From Terriglobia bacterium (GTDB lineage Bacteria > Acidobacteriota > Terriglobia > Bryobacterales > Bryobacteraceae), in contig CAVTXN010000032.1 in assembly GCA_963738555.1 (NCBI GenBank), positions 25,270 to 89,269 of the forward strand: DNA of 64,000 bases, in the 5' to 3' direction. The notes below the pieces were generated by a model, which was given only the letters and a program-made list of their open reading frames with translations, had not been told where the DNA came from and did not search any database. Position numbers and translations under genes: made by a program. This document shows, in pieces, positions 61,689-64,000 of this stretch; the first letter of the stretch is position 1, and each line of letters begins with the position of its first letter.

Positions 61689-62219
61689 TCATCCTTGCTG
61701 AAACTTGTTCTCCTTCGCCGCCTGATCGAGCACAACGGCCAGGTTCCGCCCCACTCCGTTGATGGATGTCACCAGCCTGGTCGCAGCAGCATTGACCAGG
61801 AACAGCAACTTGGCGTAGATCTCTTCCTTCGGCGGCATGGCGGCCAGATCCGCAATCGCTTTGACATCGATCACGCGGCCCTCGACGAATCCCGCCTTAA
61901 AGGTGAACGCCGGGTTCTCCTTTGCGTACTTGCTCAGGGCCTTGGCAAGTGCCACCGGATCCTTCGTGGTAGATGCCAGAGAAGTCATCCCCTTCAGATC
62001 CCCCAAAAGATCGCTTGTCGGAGTGCCCTCGCTGGCTTTCGCCGCCAGATTGTTTTTGACTACCTGGTACTCGCCGCCGGCTTCGCGAATCGTCTTGCGC
62101 AATTGAAAATCCTGACTGACAGTCAGCTTTTCATAGCCGGCGACAAACAGGTTCCTATTCTCGGCGATCCTCTTCTTCAGCTCTTCGAGCTCTCTCTTCT
62201 TCTCGTCTCGATTCTTCAT
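61689..62219 (-). CDS. rplJ: 50S ribosomal protein L10
   Basis: 176 aa with the L10 pattern (LRKTIREAGGEYQVVKNNL...), located between rplA and rplL. Confidence 0.95.
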   Translation of the reverse strand: MKNRDEKKRELEELKKRIAENRNLFVAGYEKLTVSQDFQLRKTIREAGGEYQVVKNNLAAKASEGTPTSDLLGDLKGMTSLASTTKDPVALAKALSKYAKENPAFTFKAGFVEGRVIDVKAIADLAAMPPKEEIYAKLLFLVNAAATRLVTSINGVGRNLAVVLDQAAKENKFQQG

Positions 62220-62235
62220 TTGCCCTCGCGCTCGC

Positions 62236-62943
62236 CTATGCGGTCCTTGTATTAAATGCCGTCACATCCAACGGCACGCCCGGACTCATAGTCGAGCAAA
62301 GCGTCGCACTCTTGACGTACTTCCCTTTGGCAGCCGATGGCTTGGCACGAATCACGGCCTGAATCAAACTGTTCGTATTCTCGAGCAGCTTGTCGCTCGC
62401 GAAACTCACCTTTCCCACAGGCGCGTGGATTACACCGGTTTTGTCTACGCGAAACTCCACCTTGCCGGCCTTGATTTCTCCAATCGCATTCCGGACATCG
62501 GTCGTGACCGTACCGGTTTTCGGGTTGGGCATAAGACCTCGCGGCCCCAGCACCTTGCCTAGCCGCCCTACAGAGCGCATCATGTCCGGCGTGGCGATCA
62601 CGGCGTCATAATCCGTCCAGTTCTCACCCTGGATTTTTGTTACCATCTCCTCGCCGCCGACAAAATCCGCCCCGGCCTCCTGTGCTTCCCGAAGTTTGTC
62701 TCCGGAAGCGATTACCAGAACGCGTTTCGACTTGCCGAGTCCGTTCGGCAACACGACGGTGCCGCGAACCATCTGATCGGCGTGCTTCGGATCGACGCCG
62801 AGGCGCATATGGACCTCGACAGTCTCATCGAACTTCGAAAACTTTATCTTTTGAACCAGCGGAACAGCCTCGGCCAGTTGATAAGGGCGCGCCTGGATCT
62901 GCTTGGCCGCAGCTTCATATTTTTTGCCGGGTTTGTGACTCAT
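62236..62943 (-). CDS. rplA: 50S ribosomal protein L1
   Basis: 235 aa with [15 protein letters not shown].., [15 protein letters not shown]. Confidence 0.95.
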   Translation of the reverse strand: MSHKPGKKYEAAAKQIQARPYQLAEAVPLVQKIKFSKFDETVEVHMRLGVDPKHADQMVRGTVVLPNGLGKSKRVLVIASGDKLREAQEAGADFVGGEEMVTKIQGENWTDYDAVIATPDMMRSVGRLGKVLGPRGLMPNPKTGTVTTDVRNAIGEIKAGKVEFRVDKTGVIHAPVGKVSFASDKLLENTNSLIQAVIRAKPSAAKGKYVKSATLCSTMSPGVPLDVTAFNTRTA

Positions 62944-63064
62944 AATAGGATTGGTTCGAACGGCTCAGGCGGTGCAAACACACCCTTGCCTCCCAAAGAG
63001 GTGGAATCTCCAGCCAGAATAGCACATCGTTCTGGCGTACGGCGCCAAAATGGCGATTTGACGC

Positions 63065-63847
63065 CTACCGAATCTCCGAAAAAGGCAGCGGCGTCAGGAT
63101 CGCGTTGCTGATGTTAGCCACGATCTCGGAGTCCTTCAATTTCGGCTGGCTGCTAAGTTGTTTCCATCTGGGATCACTGATGAACGACTTCCATAGCTCG
63201 TCACGTGCCGCCAGATTGTCATAGGAAAGCATGTATTTCAGATTCGGCTGCCTGGGCCCGACGATCGTTTCCCCAAAAAACACCGGTCGAAACCCCAGGC
63301 TCTCGAAGATCTTCGCCTCCCCCTGGTTGAACATGCCAACCTTGCGAGCCAGTGTGACAAACGACTGCGATTCGTAAGTCCGGAGTTCAAAGATCCGTGG
63401 CGGCTTTCCGGAATTTTCGAGAATCGCAGGCCGTGGCATCACATCGAAGCTTCGCAGCAAACTGCTCTCGACTCTCACAAACGGCAGACCTGAGCCGGCG
63501 CCGAGCTTCTCCAGCGCACGCGAGTGCTCCTCGTCGGCTTGCAATTTGCCGAGCGCTTCCTGCATGGTTCCGAGCGAGGTGTATTGACTCAAGGTATAGA
63601 TGGAAGGGCTTTCCGGCCCGATCATCGTTGAGAAAACACCTGCCAGCTTTGCGCCTGCGCGAGAAAGCGCCGGTCCTAAGCCGTTCTGCAAATATTCTGA
63701 AACACGGGCCGTCTGGTCTTCGGGAGTGTTATGAAGCTGCCAGATCTTTAGCTCCAAAAAAGACGGAGAAGCTTCCGAACGGCTTTGGCCGCTCAGCACA
63801 AGCGAAGCACCCAATCCTGCCAGCAATTGACGCCGATCCATGGACAC
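63065..63847 (-). CDS. NIPSNAP-family protein with Tat-type signal
   Basis: Signal MDRRQLLAGLGASLVLSG. Two NIPSNAP-like halves follow (FLELKIWQLH... and IFELRTYES...). Confidence 0.65.
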   Translation of the reverse strand: MSMDRRQLLAGLGASLVLSGQSRSEASPSFLELKIWQLHNTPEDQTARVSEYLQNGLGPALSRAGAKLAGVFSTMIGPESPSIYTLSQYTSLGTMQEALGKLQADEEHSRALEKLGAGSGLPFVRVESSLLRSFDVMPRPAILENSGKPPRIFELRTYESQSFVTLARKVGMFNQGEAKIFESLGFRPVFFGETIVGPRQPNLKYMLSYDNLAARDELWKSFISDPRWKQLSSQPKLKDSEIVANISNAILTPLPFSEIR

Positions 63848-63883
63848 GACTCTATCAAGCAGCGGTGGAGGGTGGAGTTTACT

Positions 63884-63906
63884 CCGCGCGTGGCTTCAGC
63901 CACGCC
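63884..63906. repeat. Second copy of the REP-like hairpin core (GCGTGGC-TTCA-GCCACGC)
   Basis: Exact 23-nt match to 17464-17486, again in an intergenic position. Confidence 0.6.
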
Positions 63907-64000
63907 ACGCACGTCTCTCAGACCTGCGGATCTGTAGCCTGATCGTGTACGTCCCAATATCCTCAGCCGGCATCTACGCGCCTTCGCGCATGGCATGAAT

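Noticed and set aside
61837-62945. Plus-strand ORFs of 73-186 aa across rplJ and rplA
   Set aside because: They are antisense to unmistakable ribosomal protein genes.
63793-63996. 67-aa minus-strand ORF at the right edge
   Set aside because: It spans the REP-like hairpin and intergenic DNA, and its sequence is Arg-rich nonsense. Only the last nine codons of a real upstream gene (...IHAMREGA*) seem to enter the window, which is too little to call.

Overview
This 64 kb chromosomal segment looks acidobacterial. It carries two ADOP-type duplicated FtsX/MacB permeases, two S53 sedolisin peptidases and several Tat-signal Gfo/Idh/MocA oxidoreductases. All calls come from reading the supplied translations and DNA by eye; no database search was run.

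Core loci:
- rplA-rplJ-rplL-rpoB-rpoC (61-52 kb, minus strand)
- dnaG-rpoD-nth (24.6-28.9 kb)
- proS, prmA, pyrF and selD
- DNA repair genes: three-domain ligD, and an addA/addB-like helicase-nuclease pair

Accessory content:
- a ParE/RHH toxin-antitoxin pair next to a response-regulator/PP2C phosphatase
- an ECF sigma / zf-HC2 anti-sigma / DUF4097 module
- a periplasmic sugar-catabolism cluster (42-48 kb)
- a poorly characterised island (about 14.5-22 kb) holding an S53 peptidase operon with small unknown ORFs, two sulfotransferases, a GT-B-like protein and several tiny, extremely basic ORFs

Main second-look items:
1. A possible peptide or glycan sulfation operon led by an ORF-track-missed 58-aa basic ORF with a perfect Shine-Dalgarno (SD) ribosome-binding site.
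2. Three independent +1-type reading-frame breaks: in dnaG, in a Tat-signal TIM-barrel isomerase and in a 2-hydroxyacid dehydrogenase.
3. A roughly 64-aa four-Cys-pair (zinc-ribbon-like) insertion near the N-terminus of RpoB.
4. rplA separated from rplK by a NIPSNAP gene.
5. A REP-like hairpin repeat present at two loci.

No CRISPR array, tRNA, rRNA or transposase was recognised.
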